In this document: in pieces, positions 30,067-40,670 of the stretch
Layout of the letters: every line of letters starts with the position of its first letter
How positions within the stretch are numbered: the stretch's first letter is position 1
DNA from: Candidatus Krumholzibacteriota bacterium
Lineage (GTDB): Bacteria > Krumholzibacteriota > Krumholzibacteriia > Krumholzibacteriales > Krumholzibacteriaceae
DNA: 64,000 nt
Assembly (NCBI GenBank): GCA_030609325.1
Contig: JAUWCL010000001.1
Location: 2,208 to 66,207 of the forward strand
Direction: 5' to 3'
The notes under the pieces: model-generated
Database searches by the model: none
Told to the model about the DNA's origin: nothing
What the model saw: the letters and a program-made list of their open reading frames with translations, nothing else
Made by a program: the position numbers and the translations under genes

Positions 30067-32263
30067 GGCTGATGAGGACTTCCCGGGCCTTGCTGCCTTC
30101 GAAGGGGCCGACTACACCCGTCTGTTCGAGCATATCGATCAGCCTCGCCGCACGGGCGTACCCGACGCGGAGACGGCGCTGGATCAGCGAGATCGAGCCC
30201 TGTTGATGAAGTATGACGAGCTCCCGCGCCTTTTCGAAGAGATCGTCGTCCACGTCGGTGTCCTCCGGGCCTCCGGTCGCAGCCTTCTCGGAGAGATCGA
30301 TCTTCGTTCCCTGCCTGCCGAAATCCTTCCAGTAGTCGGCAACGTTCTCCGCCTCCCTCTCCGAAATATAGGCGCCCTGGAGCCGAACCGGCGAGGGGAG
30401 GTTCTTGGGCAGGTAGAGCATGTCGCCGTTGCCGAGAAGAGTCTCGGCACCGTTCACGTCGAGGATCGTGCGCGAGTCGGTCTTCGACGTGACCTGGAAG
30501 GCTATTCTCGTCGGGAAGTTTGCCTTGATAAGACCTGTCACGACGTCTACCGAAGGCCTCTGCGTGGCGAATACGAGATGGATGCCTACGGCCCTAGCCA
30601 TCTGGGAGAGCCTCGTGATAGGCGGGTATATCTCGTTGCCGAGCGAGACCATGAGGTCGGCGAGCTCGTCAATGATCGTCACGTAGTAGGGCAGCCGGGT
30701 GAGCTCCTCGTCCGTTTCCGGATTGCGGAGCTCCTCGGACTCGACCTTTCTGTTGAAGCTCTTGATGTTCTTCACCCCGAACCGGGCAAGGATCTTGTAC
30801 CGCCTGTCCATCTCTATAGTGAGCCAGTTGAGTACCTTCAGCGTCGGCCTCGCCTCGGTTATCACCGGATGGAGGAGGTGCGGGATGTCGTTGTACGTGA
30901 TCAGCTCGAGCCGCTTGGGATCCACGAGTATGAATCTGCAGGTCGCCGGCGTGTGCGTGAAGAGAAGCGAGCAGATGATCGAATTGATGCAGACGCTCTT
31001 ACCGCTCCCCGTCGCGCCGGCGATGAGGAGGTGAGGCATTTCGGCAATGTCGGCGTAGTACGGCTCGCCGGTAACGGTCTTCCCGAGAACGACGGTCAGC
31101 CCCTCTCCCCCCTCGGGGAAGTGCTCCATCATCTCCTTGAGAAGGACGAGCTTCGGCTCGGGGTTGGGGACCTCTATGCCGACGGCGCTCTTTCCCGGTA
31201 TAGGCGCCTGTATCCTCAGCGACCTCGCAGCAAGAGCCAGCGAGAGGTCGTCAGCCCTGTTGGCGATCTGGCTCACCCTGACTCCGGCCGCGGGTACGTA
31301 CTCGAAGGTCGTCACGACAGGACCGGGAAGGACCTTCTGGACCTTGCCCTTGAGACCGTAGTCGAGAAGTTTCTCCTCGATCATCTCCGACCTCGCAATG
31401 AGGTCCTCCCTGCTGAACGTCACGGAGGATTCGTCGTAGTCATCGAGCAGCGACAGGCCGGGCAGCGGCGCATTGTCGGCCGGGGTGACCGCGGCGCCGG
31501 AAGGTCTCGGGGGGACTTCGGTTTTCTCCGCCGTTTTCCTGGCTTTCGGAGCTGGAGGCCGCCTCTCCGGGATGTCGATGTACACCGGCTCTTGTTCGAC
31601 ATGCGGCTCGGGCTCCTCGATCTCCGGTATCCCGGGGCCGGCTGCCGCCTTTTTCCTCTTCCTGCTATTCGAACACGGCTTTGCCGTCCTCCCGCCGCGG
31701 CTCAGCGGGGGGAACGACGGCTTCGGGACCCTCAGGCCTCCGGAGTTCTCGACGGCCGTCCTGATGCGTCCGAAAAAGAGCGTGACGAGTGTGACGAGAA
31801 GCGCCGCGGAGAGGATCAGTATCGAGCCGGTCCTGCCGAGCAACAGCTCGAGAAAGCCGAGCATCCCCGTCCCTGCAGTTCCCGCCGCTCCCCGCGCCCC
31901 GAAACAGGCAGTCATCGCCGACAGGATCAGCGTCAGCAGCACTCCGGATATGACGGTGCGCTTCCTTTCCGATACGGCGCTTCCCGATACGGTCAGCAGT
32001 CCCGTATACAGGAGAACAAGCGGGACGATCCATGCGAATACCGACCCGAGGCCCCATCTGAGCCAGATCACGAGCGTGGCCCCCACCGGTCCGCACCGGT
32101 TCCGTACATTCATGTCGAACGCGTTGTCCTCGCTGTCATGCGACTGCAGCGCGGCCCCGATATAGATCGCAGAAACGATGAGAATGAGGCCGACCGCTAT
32201 CTTTTTCTTCACTGGCACCCTGGCTCCATCTATGTAAAAGACACAATCACTGTAAGCTGGCAC
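30041..32263 (-). CDS. ftsK: DNA translocase FtsK/SpoIIIE
   Basis: N-terminal TM helices, a Pro-rich linker, an FtsK motor with Walker A GATGSGKSV, and a C-terminal gamma winged-helix domain. Confidence 0.9.
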   Translation of the reverse strand: MPAYSDCVFYIDGARVPVKKKIAVGLILIVSAIYIGAALQSHDSEDNAFDMNVRNRCGPVGATLVIWLRWGLGSVFAWIVPLVLLYTGLLTVSGSAVSERKRTVISGVLLTLILSAMTACFGARGAAGTAGTGMLGFLELLLGRTGSILILSAALLVTLVTLFFGRIRTAVENSGGLRVPKPSFPPLSRGGRTAKPCSNSRKRKKAAAGPGIPEIEEPEPHVEQEPVYIDIPERRPPAPKARKTAEKTEVPPRPSGAAVTPADNAPLPGLSLLDDYDESSVTFSREDLIARSEMIEEKLLDYGLKGKVQKVLPGPVVTTFEYVPAAGVRVSQIANRADDLSLALAARSLRIQAPIPGKSAVGIEVPNPEPKLVLLKEMMEHFPEGGEGLTVVLGKTVTGEPYYADIAEMPHLLIAGATGSGKSVCINSIICSLLFTHTPATCRFILVDPKRLELITYNDIPHLLHPVITEARPTLKVLNWLTIEMDRRYKILARFGVKNIKSFNRKVESEELRNPETDEELTRLPYYVTIIDELADLMVSLGNEIYPPITRLSQMARAVGIHLVFATQRPSVDVVTGLIKANFPTRIAFQVTSKTDSRTILDVNGAETLLGNGDMLYLPKNLPSPVRLQGAYISEREAENVADYWKDFGRQGTKIDLSEKAATGGPEDTDVDDDLFEKARELVILHQQGSISLIQRRLRVGYARAARLIDMLEQTGVVGPFEGSKAREVLISREEYERSR

Positions 32264-32283
32264 CGCTCACATAAACCGTTTTC

Positions 32284-33393
32284 TCAAGCGCCGGCCATTT
32301 CTTCCCTTTTTCTATCAATGATCTCCCGGAAGGTAAAGCAGTTTTTGACCGGATCGCCGGTCAGGACAGCCGAGATGACGGCGAGCCCGTCCGCCCCCTC
32401 GTCGAGGACGCTTCGAGCGTTCTCCGGCCCTATCCCGCCGATCGCGACTATCGGGAGGACAGTCGATCGCCTCACCGATGCGAGTGCATCGAGCCCCGCG
32501 ACTACGGCATCCTCCTTCGTCGATGTCGGAAAGACCGACCCCACGGCAAAATAATCGAGAACGTCGAGAGGAGCCGCGGCGATATCTCCGGGCGAGCTCA
32601 CGCTCAGCCCGATGATGCGCGCCGGCCCAAGCATCGCCCTGGCTTCGGAAGGATCGGCGTCCGACGAACCCAGGTGGACCCCGCCCGCTCCCGTTTCGGC
32701 TGCCAGTTCGGGGAGGTCGTTGACTATCAGGGGGATACCTGCCTTCTCCGCAATTGGTATGGCTGCAGCGAGATCGCGCCGCATGTCGGAGACGGGAATA
32801 TCCTTCGCCCGGTACTGGATGATGCCGCTCCCGCCCTCGACGAGGGCGGCGGCCACGCCGGCCACCTCGCTTTGCGCCACGATCGACCTGTCGATGAATG
32901 TGTAGAGGAAAGGGAGTTCCGGAAACGGCCGATCCGCCGGACCGGTCGCCACGAGAGCCTTCTCCAGCTCGTAGACCCTGAATCGCAGGCCCTTCGCCCT
33001 CCGCGCCCCGTCGGGGCTGACAAGCTTGCCGAATTCCTCGATTACCCTCAGTCCCTCTTCCACCCTGAAGAAATTGGCACGCGCCGTTCCGGCCAGCGAT
33101 TCCCTCTTCTCTTCGGACGGCGTGGAGAACCTGCCCCCCACATCCCCGACGCTGTCGCGAAACCGGGTCGTGTCGGTCGAGAACAGGCCGGAAAGCGCTC
33201 TTATCTCGTGCCTGAGTTCCTTGGCGGCCCTGGTCAGTCCCTCACTCCCGATGGCGAACCTGGCAATTTCCTCGACGACCCTTATGCCCTCGGCGCACCT
33301 GTTTATGTTGGCATCGATTATCCTCAGAACGACGGTATCGTTTTTGTGGTAATTCTCGAGCATGCCGATTCTTCCTGGAAACGTCCCCGGCAT
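32284..33393 (-). CDS. thiE: Thiamine-phosphate synthase-like protein with an ~150-aa N-terminal extension of unknown function. The start is at 33393 or 33363.
   Basis: The C-terminal ~210 aa is ThiE/TenI-like TIM barrel (IIQYRAKD..., PLIVND..., HLGSSD..., AVGSVFPTSTK). The N-terminal domain is not recognised. The ORF-track N-terminal 95 aa is an artefact. Confidence 0.55.
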   Translation of the reverse strand: MPGTFPGRIGMLENYHKNDTVVLRIIDANINRCAEGIRVVEEIARFAIGSEGLTRAAKELRHEIRALSGLFSTDTTRFRDSVGDVGGRFSTPSEEKRESLAGTARANFFRVEEGLRVIEEFGKLVSPDGARRAKGLRFRVYELEKALVATGPADRPFPELPFLYTFIDRSIVAQSEVAGVAAALVEGGSGIIQYRAKDIPVSDMRRDLAAAIPIAEKAGIPLIVNDLPELAAETGAGGVHLGSSDADPSEARAMLGPARIIGLSVSSPGDIAAAPLDVLDYFAVGSVFPTSTKEDAVVAGLDALASVRRSTVLPIVAIGGIGPENARSVLDEGADGLAVISAVLTGDPVKNCFTFREIIDRKREEMAGA

Positions 33394-34127
33394 CAGGGCT
33401 CGATGAAACCCTGTACGAGCTCGGGGACCTTCCGAATGCTGTCCCTGCAGGAGCAGTATGCAATATCTTTTCCGTATCCTAGTCCGATGAGCTGCCGGCC
33501 CCTGTCGGTCGACCGCAGATACTCCTCGATATCGTCGCCGTACCTGTCGGCCAGAATCATGGCAATCGACGCGGAATCGTCGAGTGACCCGGCGTCGACC
33601 GGCGGTGAAAGATCGCCGAGAAGCAGCCCCGCGCACAGAAGGTCCTCCCCCGCTATCCTGCCGTTGTTCCCGCTGCATATGATGACAAGATCGCTCTGAC
33701 CGGAGACTGCTTCCGCGACGATATCCACGTTCGGAATCGAGCAGACGATCAGCTTGCCCGCCTTGGAGGCAGCCGCCGCTATAGCGGGAGTACCGTTCGA
33801 TGTGGCGAGGATTATCGTCCTGCCGCCTATAGTCTCCTCATCGAGCTCGGAAGGCGAGTTGAAGAGATCGAAACCCTCTATAGGCAGACCCTTCTGCTCG
33901 CCGACAAGGAGCTTGTCCCCCCTGTCGGAGAGGCTCACCAGTCTCGTGGCCGTCTCGATGCTCTCGACCGGCAGGACTCTGGCGGCGCCGTTATCCAGGG
34001 CGGCCAGTATCGTACTGGTAGCCCTGAGAACGTCGATAACTACAACGACGGCCCCGTGGTAACTTTCACCGGCCGCTTCTCCGGCCGTCGCAAAGAATCG
34101 GATCCCGCCCGTTCTCGAACTCATCTT
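33393..34127 (-). CDS. 2-phosphosulfolactate phosphatase (ComB) family protein
   Basis: ComB-family fold features (VVVIDVLRATSTI..., ILATSNGT..., CSGNNG). The start is likely MSSRTGG..., just after the accC stop. Confidence 0.55.
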   Translation of the reverse strand, partial: KMSSRTGGIRFFATAGEAAGESYHGAVVVVIDVLRATSTILAALDNGAARVLPVESIETATRLVSLSDRGDKLLVGEQKGLPIEGFDLFNSPSELDEETIGGRTIILATSNGTPAIAAAASKAGKLIVCSIPNVDIVAEAVSGQSDLVIICSGNNGRIAGEDLLCAGLLLGDLSPPVDAGSLDDSASIAMILADRYGDDIEEYLRSTDRGRQLIGLGYGKDIAYCSCRDSIRKVPELVQGFIEP

Positions 34128-35461
34128 TCCATCCTGTCTATAAACGAAGTGTCGAACCGGCCGCTTATGAACTGTTCGTGCCTGAGTATCCAGAGGTGAA
34201 ACAGGATCGTCGTCGGCACGCCCTCGATCACGCACTCCTCGAGCGACCTGATCATGCGGGTCCGCGCCTCGTCTCTCGTCTCACCCCATGTGATGATCTT
34301 TGCGAGGAGCGAATCGTAGTACGGGGGCACTGTGTATCCGGCGTAGATGTGGGAATCGACTCTGACACCCGGCCCTCCCGGAGGATGATAGAACGTCACG
34401 AGTCCGGGGGCGGGCTTGAAACCATTCTCCGGATCCTCCGCGTTGATCCGGCACTCGATCGCGTGACCGCTTATGCCGGGATTCCCGTCGAGCAGCGGGC
34501 TCTCCCCTGTCGAGGCAAGCCTTATCTGCTCCTTGATCAGGTCGACTCCGGTGACCATCTCCGTCACCGGGTGTTCCACCTGGACCCTCGTGTTCATCTC
34601 GAGGAAGTATACGTTTTCTTCGGCGTCGACGAGAAACTCCACCGTTCCGAGCGACCCGTACCTGACATACTCCGCACCCCTGACCGCGTAGTCGAGTATC
34701 CTCTCTCGCGTTTCTTCGGCGATGCCCGGCGCAGGCGATTCCTCGATAAGCTTCTGGTGCCTTCTCTGGATGCTGCATTCCCGCTCGCGGAGATGAACGA
34801 CCCTTCCCTTCCCGTCACCGAATATCTGGACCTCGATGTGCCTCGGGCTCTCGAGATATTTCTCCAGATAGAGGCCGCCGTCACCGAAAGAGGCCTCCGC
34901 CTCCGCACTGGCAGCATGGAAGAGCGAGGACAGGTCGTCAGGTCCGCGGACGATCCTTATCCCCCTGCCCCCTCCGCCCGCGACTGCCTTGATCATGACG
35001 GGGTATCCGATCCGGCCGGCGAGCTTCAAGGCCTCTTCCTCGCCCTCGACAATGCCCTCGCTGCCGGGTATGATCGGGATCTCCGCCTCGTTCATAAGCC
35101 TCCTGGCCTCCGACTTATGGCCCATTTTCTCCATCAGCGCCGGAGCGGGCCCGATCCAGTCTATTTTGCAGGACATGCAGACCTCGGCGAAATACGGGCT
35201 CTCTGCGAGAAACCCGTATCCGGGATGGACGGCGTCGGCTCCGGTGATCTCGGCCGCGGCGATCAGCCTTGGAATGTTGAGATAACTCTCAGCGGGCTGG
35301 GACCTGCCGATGCACACATCCTCATCGGCCAGCTTGACATGGAGAGATTCCGAGTCGGCCTCCGAATGCACGGCGACAGCCTTGATACCCAGCTCCCTGC
35401 AGGCACGTATTATCCGCAGGGCGATCTCGCCCCTTGCGGCTATCAGTATTTTTTTATACAT
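34121..35461 (-). CDS. accC: Biotin carboxylase (acetyl-CoA carboxylase subunit)
   Basis: 446 aa with an ATP-grasp domain. Closely AccC-like throughout (MYKKILIAARGEIALRIIRA...). Confidence 0.95.
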   Translation of the reverse strand: MYKKILIAARGEIALRIIRACRELGIKAVAVHSEADSESLHVKLADEDVCIGRSQPAESYLNIPRLIAAAEITGADAVHPGYGFLAESPYFAEVCMSCKIDWIGPAPALMEKMGHKSEARRLMNEAEIPIIPGSEGIVEGEEEALKLAGRIGYPVMIKAVAGGGGRGIRIVRGPDDLSSLFHAASAEAEASFGDGGLYLEKYLESPRHIEVQIFGDGKGRVVHLRERECSIQRRHQKLIEESPAPGIAEETRERILDYAVRGAEYVRYGSLGTVEFLVDAEENVYFLEMNTRVQVEHPVTEMVTGVDLIKEQIRLASTGESPLLDGNPGISGHAIECRINAEDPENGFKPAPGLVTFYHPPGGPGVRVDSHIYAGYTVPPYYDSLLAKIITWGETRDEARTRMIRSLEECVIEGVPTTILFHLWILRHEQFISGRFDTSFIDRMER

Positions 35462-35470
35462 AGACCCGTT

Positions 35471-36619
35471 CTAGAGTTCGCCGGCGGAACTGCCACCGGC
35501 TGCCTCGGCGCCCTCGAAGGTATCCCAGGTCTTGTCGCTCGTGGCCTGGATTCCCTTGAGACGCAGGGCGAACTCGTGAGGGTTGGAACTGCTCTTCAGG
35601 GCTTCTTCCATGCTGATTCTTCCGTCGGACAGAAGCTGCATCAGCGACTGGTCGAAGCTCTGCATCCCGTGGGACGAGACACCCTCCCTGATCGCCTTCT
35701 GAATCATGGGCGCTTTTTCAGGGTCAATAATATACTCCCGAATGGTGGATGTTACAACCATAACTTCCACCGCGGGGACCCTGCCCTTGCCCTCTTTCAT
35801 GGGTATGAGGCGCTGGGAGATCACCGCCTGGAGTGTCGAAGAGAGGAGATACCTGATCTCCTGGTGCTGATGGGGCGGGAAGAACGAGATGACGCGGTTG
35901 ATCGTCTGGGTCGCGTCGATCGTATGCAGCGTCGACAGGACCAGATGACCCGTATCGGCCGCCATTAGCGCGATCTCCATCGTCAGCGCGTCACGGATCT
36001 CTCCGACGAGGATGATGTCGGGATCCTGCCTGAGGATGTGCCTGAGCGCCTCGTGAAACGACGATGTATCGCTGCCTATCTCGCGCTGGTTGATGATGCT
36101 CTTCTTGTCCTGGTGCAGGAACTCGATCGGATCTTCGATCGTGATGATGTTCTTGTTGGCGTTTTCGTTGATCTCCCTGACCATCGCGGCGAGAGTCGTC
36201 GACTTTCCGCTGCCGACCGTTCCGGTGACGAACATCAGCCCTCTCTGCTTCATCGACAGATCCTTGAGAATCGGGGGAAGATCGAGCTCGTCGATAGATT
36301 TGATCTCGACGGGGACGTGCCTGAAAACCATGGCGATCGATCCGCGCTGAACGTAGAAGTTTGCCCTGAACCTGGCGAGGCCGGAGACGCCGAACGCGAA
36401 ATCGACTTCCCGGGTGTTCTTGAAGCGATCCTTCTGGGGAGGGGTGAGGATCTGATCGGCCACCGCTTCCATATCCTTCGGAGAGGGCCTGTCGAAATCG
36501 AGATGAATCAGTTTACCGTCGACCCTTGTCACCGGCGGAAGGCCCGCCTTCAGATGGAGATCGGAGCCGCCTTTTGCAATCATTGCCTCGAGGATGCTCT
36601 TGATGTTCATCCCGTACAC
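35471..36619 (-). CDS. pilT: Type IV pilus retraction ATPase PilT
   Basis: 382 aa with Walker A GTVGSGKST, Asp and His boxes, and a PilT-type AIRNLIRE-like motif (QKAIREG). Confidence 0.85.
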   Translation of the reverse strand: MYGMNIKSILEAMIAKGGSDLHLKAGLPPVTRVDGKLIHLDFDRPSPKDMEAVADQILTPPQKDRFKNTREVDFAFGVSGLARFRANFYVQRGSIAMVFRHVPVEIKSIDELDLPPILKDLSMKQRGLMFVTGTVGSGKSTTLAAMVREINENANKNIITIEDPIEFLHQDKKSIINQREIGSDTSSFHEALRHILRQDPDIILVGEIRDALTMEIALMAADTGHLVLSTLHTIDATQTINRVISFFPPHQHQEIRYLLSSTLQAVISQRLIPMKEGKGRVPAVEVMVVTSTIREYIIDPEKAPMIQKAIREGVSSHGMQSFDQSLMQLLSDGRISMEEALKSSSNPHEFALRLKGIQATSDKTWDTFEGAEAAGGSSAGEL

Positions 36620-36746
36620 CTTCCCTTGAGCGACGAACCGAAATGGCGGTATTTCGCTACGGCTAACGCGTTATTAATCCACCGGTTATGCTTTGAAGCC
36701 GGAATCCGGAGCGATTCCGGTCTGCCGGAAGGTCATTTTGCAAATA

Positions 36747-37219
<473 letters not shown>

Positions 37220-37220
<1 letters not shown>

Positions 37221-37777
37221 TATACCCGTTCCATGTATTTACCCGTCCGCGTGTCTATCTTGAGGACGTCGCCCTGCTCGATGAACAGAGGGACGATCAC
37301 GGTCGCCCCCGTCTCGAGCTTTGCCGGCTTGGAGCCTCCCTGAGCGGTATCGCCGCGCAGTCCGGGCTCCGTCTCGGTCACCCCGAGCTCGACGAATGTC
37401 GGAAGCTCCGCCGCGATGGGAGTCTCGCCGTCGAGCAGTACCGAGATCTCCATGCTCTCCTTGAGGTACGGGAGCAGGTCCTCGAGCAGTCCGTGGGCAA
37501 GCGGGAACTGCTCGTAAGTCTCGAGGTCCATCACGTAGTAAAGGTCATCGCTCCTGTAGAGATACTGGTAACTATGCCTCTCCACGCGAACCTGGTCTAT
37601 TTTCTCTCCCGCCCTGAAGGTCTTGTCTATGACCGCCCCTTCCGGGATCTTCTTCAGTTTCGTCCTGACGAACGCCGCGCCCTTGCCGGGCTTTACATGC
37701 TGGAACTCCACTATGGCATAGAGCTTCCCTTCCATCCTCAGTATCAGTCCGTTCCTGAAATCGCTGGTATCTGCCAA
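37220..37777 (-). CDS. efp: Elongation factor P
   Basis: The region [39 protein letters not shown] is EF-P domain I, carrying the conserved Lys loop (KPGKG). The likely start is a TTG/CTG at about 37777; the ORF-track N-terminal 20 aa is an extension. Confidence 0.8.
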
Positions 37778-37791
37778 GGTCTTCCTTCCCT

Positions 37792-38778
37792 TTACTGCTC
37801 GCCGTCCTTTGGATCGTCCTTTATCCCCTGGAGCCATTTCCTGAAGTTGCCCATGCCTTCCCGTGCGACTCCCTCACGGGGCGCCCCCTCGGAAGGCTTT
37901 TCCTCCGTCGAATCCCTGCGGTCGGTTTCCTCGAGCTCCCTCGCAACCGCCTCGAGCTCGTCTTCGTCACCCAGTACCGAACCCTCGCGCACGATCCCGT
38001 CATCGTCCCCCTCTTCCCCCAGGGGTGCTTCTTCTTCCTCGCCGCCCGGAGAACCCGTGCCCGGTCCGGCCGTGTTCTCTATCATGTCGTCGCTGACGTC
38101 TTCGATCGAGATCGACATCACTTCTTCGTCGAACGTCTCTTCCAGCTCCCTGTTCGACGACTCGATCATAGCCTCTATCTTTCCAACCATCTTGGAGGCT
38201 TCCGTGTTTTCCGGTTCCTCCTCGAGTATCTCTTTATAGATCTTGAGGGCCTTGTTGTAATAACCCTGCGCGGCGTAGATGCCGGCGAGCGTCATCGTGG
38301 CCAGTTCGCCCTGATGCCCGGCCTTCCTGATACTCTCATGGTCACTGAGATCGATCTCTCTCTCGCGGAATTCATTCTCGAGCCCCTCGAGTTTTCCGGA
38401 TACCTCCTCGTTCGTCGGATCGATAGCAAGGATCCTGCGATAGTACGATATCGACCCATCCCTGTCGCCCTCGGACATCAGGATATCGCCCATGAATTTC
38501 AGAGCTACCATGTTCTCCGGATCGATCTCGATCACGCGCTCGAATTCGGCGCGTGACCGTTCGGTCGCGCCCTTGTCGTAGAAGCATTTTCCAAGGATGA
38601 CGTGCGCGCTCGCGTAGTCGGTATACCCCTCGAGGCCTTTCTCGCAGAGCTCGATAGCCTTTTCCACGTCTCCGTTCTTGCGATAGGCATCGGCCAACGG
38701 CGCGAAGATCCTCGACTCCGGGGCCCGATCGCATCTTTCCTGCAGATGTTTTATCTCGGCACTGAGATCGTCGTTCAT
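37792..38778 (-). CDS. TPR-repeat protein with an acidic C-terminal tail
   Basis: Multiple TPR repeats, followed by a Glu/Asp/Gly-rich low-complexity tail. Confidence 0.5.
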   Translation of the reverse strand: MNDDLSAEIKHLQERCDRAPESRIFAPLADAYRKNGDVEKAIELCEKGLEGYTDYASAHVILGKCFYDKGATERSRAEFERVIEIDPENMVALKFMGDILMSEGDRDGSISYYRRILAIDPTNEEVSGKLEGLENEFREREIDLSDHESIRKAGHQGELATMTLAGIYAAQGYYNKALKIYKEILEEEPENTEASKMVGKIEAMIESSNRELEETFDEEVMSISIEDVSDDMIENTAGPGTGSPGGEEEEAPLGEEGDDDGIVREGSVLGDEDELEAVARELEETDRRDSTEEKPSEGAPREGVAREGMGNFRKWLQGIKDDPKDGEQ

Positions 38779-38869
38779 ATACAGCCCTTCCACTCCGGTC
38801 CCTGTTCGAATATCAGGCTATCAGAGGGCGTATTCCCCTGTCAAGTGCCGTAAGGCCGGTGTGCGTCCG

Positions 38870-39895
38870 TCAGTTCACTCTGAAAGACTCGGCCACTGCG
38901 ATGGTCTCCCTCAGGAGGATATGCTTGTCGAATCCGGGTGCGTAGACGAGACAGTCGACGAGCCAGATCTTGCCCCTGACCCTGTCGTGGACAAAGAAAC
39001 AGATGAAAGGCCCGCCGTACATTTCCACGCTGCTCTCCCAGTAGCCGTCCATTCTGACGGCGCTGTACGGGCCGAACTTGTCGAGGCTCCATGACACGAG
39101 CTCGGGGCGCATCACTTCCTTGTCGTGTATATTGTATACGATCTTTGACCGGAAATCGTAGAGCGCCGTGGAATCGGCCGGCGTGAGCGACTTATTGCCC
39201 CAGGAACGCCATGATATCGTGATCCCCCTGTGCGGGTAATCCCTCATGATCTCCACCCCTGGAAGATCACCCCAGTCCCTGTTCAGCTTGTACTCGTCCG
39301 GTATCCTTATGGCGAACCCGTATTTCGTCTTCAGGTCCTCCGCTGTCTCGTACTTCTCCCTGATGAGGAGATTTTCCCTCAGCCTTTCCCTGTTCGCCTT
39401 CTCTATTATGTCGCGGATAAGCTTTCCGTTCTCCTCGGTCACCTTCCGCAGACTCTCAGGCGACGATGCCGTGACGATCACGGTAAGCTGCCCCTTTACC
39501 GGATAGTCCATCCTCTTGAATATGTGGTTCTTCCCCTCGAGGACCTTTCTGACACTGTTTGTCCCGATAAAGCTCTCTATCAGCTGTCCCGTGCGCCCCT
39601 GCCTGGCGACGCCGTATATGACCATGTTCTTGGTGGGAGGTTCCCTGTCGAAATCGTACGCGGAGACCATGCGGAGCTTGAACTGGATCTCCAGCTTCGA
39701 ATAGTAGTCGACCGGATGCTGCAGTGTCCTGATAATATCGTCGTTCATGCCCCCGGGCTCACCGGATTCGGTGACCAGGACGATACTGCTGTAGGAACCG
39801 GGCGGGATGAAAATGGATCTGCTTCCACAGGATGGAACCAGCACTAAGACGCATGCCAGAAGGGCTGCCGTAAAGGGTTTGGGGCTCATATCCAC
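38870..39895 (-). CDS. Lipoprotein of unknown function (DUF4837-like)
   Basis: Lipobox LVPSCGS. About 340 aa. Resembles FCB-group DUF4837 lipoproteins; this assignment is from memory and tentative. Confidence 0.45.
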   Translation of the reverse strand: MDMSPKPFTAALLACVLVLVPSCGSRSIFIPPGSYSSIVLVTESGEPGGMNDDIIRTLQHPVDYYSKLEIQFKLRMVSAYDFDREPPTKNMVIYGVARQGRTGQLIESFIGTNSVRKVLEGKNHIFKRMDYPVKGQLTVIVTASSPESLRKVTEENGKLIRDIIEKANRERLRENLLIREKYETAEDLKTKYGFAIRIPDEYKLNRDWGDLPGVEIMRDYPHRGITISWRSWGNKSLTPADSTALYDFRSKIVYNIHDKEVMRPELVSWSLDKFGPYSAVRMDGYWESSVEMYGGPFICFFVHDRVRGKIWLVDCLVYAPGFDKHILLRETIAVAESFRVN

Positions 39896-39994
39896 CTCCT
39901 GTCTGGAAACATACGGGCAACCGCCGGAACGGACAAGAAAAAAGGCGCTTCTGCCGTGGAGCGCCTAATGAAGCTCTGGGGAATATGTTCCCGT

Positions 39995-40669
39995 TTACCT
40001 TTTTCCGCTTCTGCCGGCACCCCTCTGCTTCATGAACAGCCTCTGCATGTAGGCGTTCTGCAACCTCAGGCGCTCGACCTGCCGCCTGAGGAGCTCGTTC
40101 TCCTGGAGCAGGTAATCCATCCTCGGATCGGAGGCCATGCTGAACGGGAGCTGTCTCGAGGTCTCCTCCAGCGGGACGTCTCCGAGGTAATCGTCCGAAA
40201 CATACTGGATCCCTGCGGGGTACCCGGTCTGCGTGAAACGTACCTCGCCCTGCTGCCTGGAAGCGCTCGTTCTGATCGTCTCCTGCGCGAACCTCTCTCC
40301 GGCTGCAGGGTCCCCGGAATCCCTTCCTGCCAGCATCCACACCCCGGCCAGCACTATGACGAGGGTCGCGGCAGTCGCAGCGATGAACTTCGATCCCCAG
40401 ACCAATCCGCCGTCCTCGGCGGTGGCCCGACCCCGCATTGCCCTCGACTTTTCCATTGCGATCCTGCGCTTGAGGTTCCACTCGAAGTTCTCCGACGCCT
40501 CGATCTCGCTCAGGTTGCCGAGCAGCTCCAGGCACCCGTCCATCTCGCCGCAGAATTCAGCGCATTCCGGGCACCGGCTCAGGTGCTCCTGGAGACGCAT
40601 CCTCGCGGCCTCGCCGAGCGCTCCGTCACGGTTCCGGCAGAAGTAATCCCTTGCTGTCCTGCATCTCAT
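39995..40669 (-). CDS. Zinc-finger (ZAS-type) anti-sigma factor, single-pass membrane
   Basis: N-terminal HLSRCPECAEF (HxxxCxxC) motif, a central TM helix and a periplasmic C-terminal domain. Lies 2 nt downstream of the ECF sigma gene. Confidence 0.6.
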   Translation of the reverse strand: MRCRTARDYFCRNRDGALGEAARMRLQEHLSRCPECAEFCGEMDGCLELLGNLSEIEASENFEWNLKRRIAMEKSRAMRGRATAEDGGLVWGSKFIAATAATLVIVLAGVWMLAGRDSGDPAAGERFAQETIRTSASRQQGEVRFTQTGYPAGIQYVSDDYLGDVPLEETSRQLPFSMASDPRMDYLLQENELLRRQVERLRLQNAYMQRLFMKQRGAGRSGKR

Positions 40670-40670
40670 G

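Noticed and set aside
30038-32554. 838-aa plus-strand ORF antisense to ftsK. Similar long antisense ORFs occur at 7879..9429, 9479..11134, 14045..15367, 19693..20919, 34178..35968, 42279..43838, 56178..57398 and 57906..59165.
   Set aside because: All lie opposite well-supported conserved genes. Their translations are Arg/Pro/Gly-rich and low-complexity with no recognisable domains. Stop-poor antisense frames are expected in high-GC DNA.
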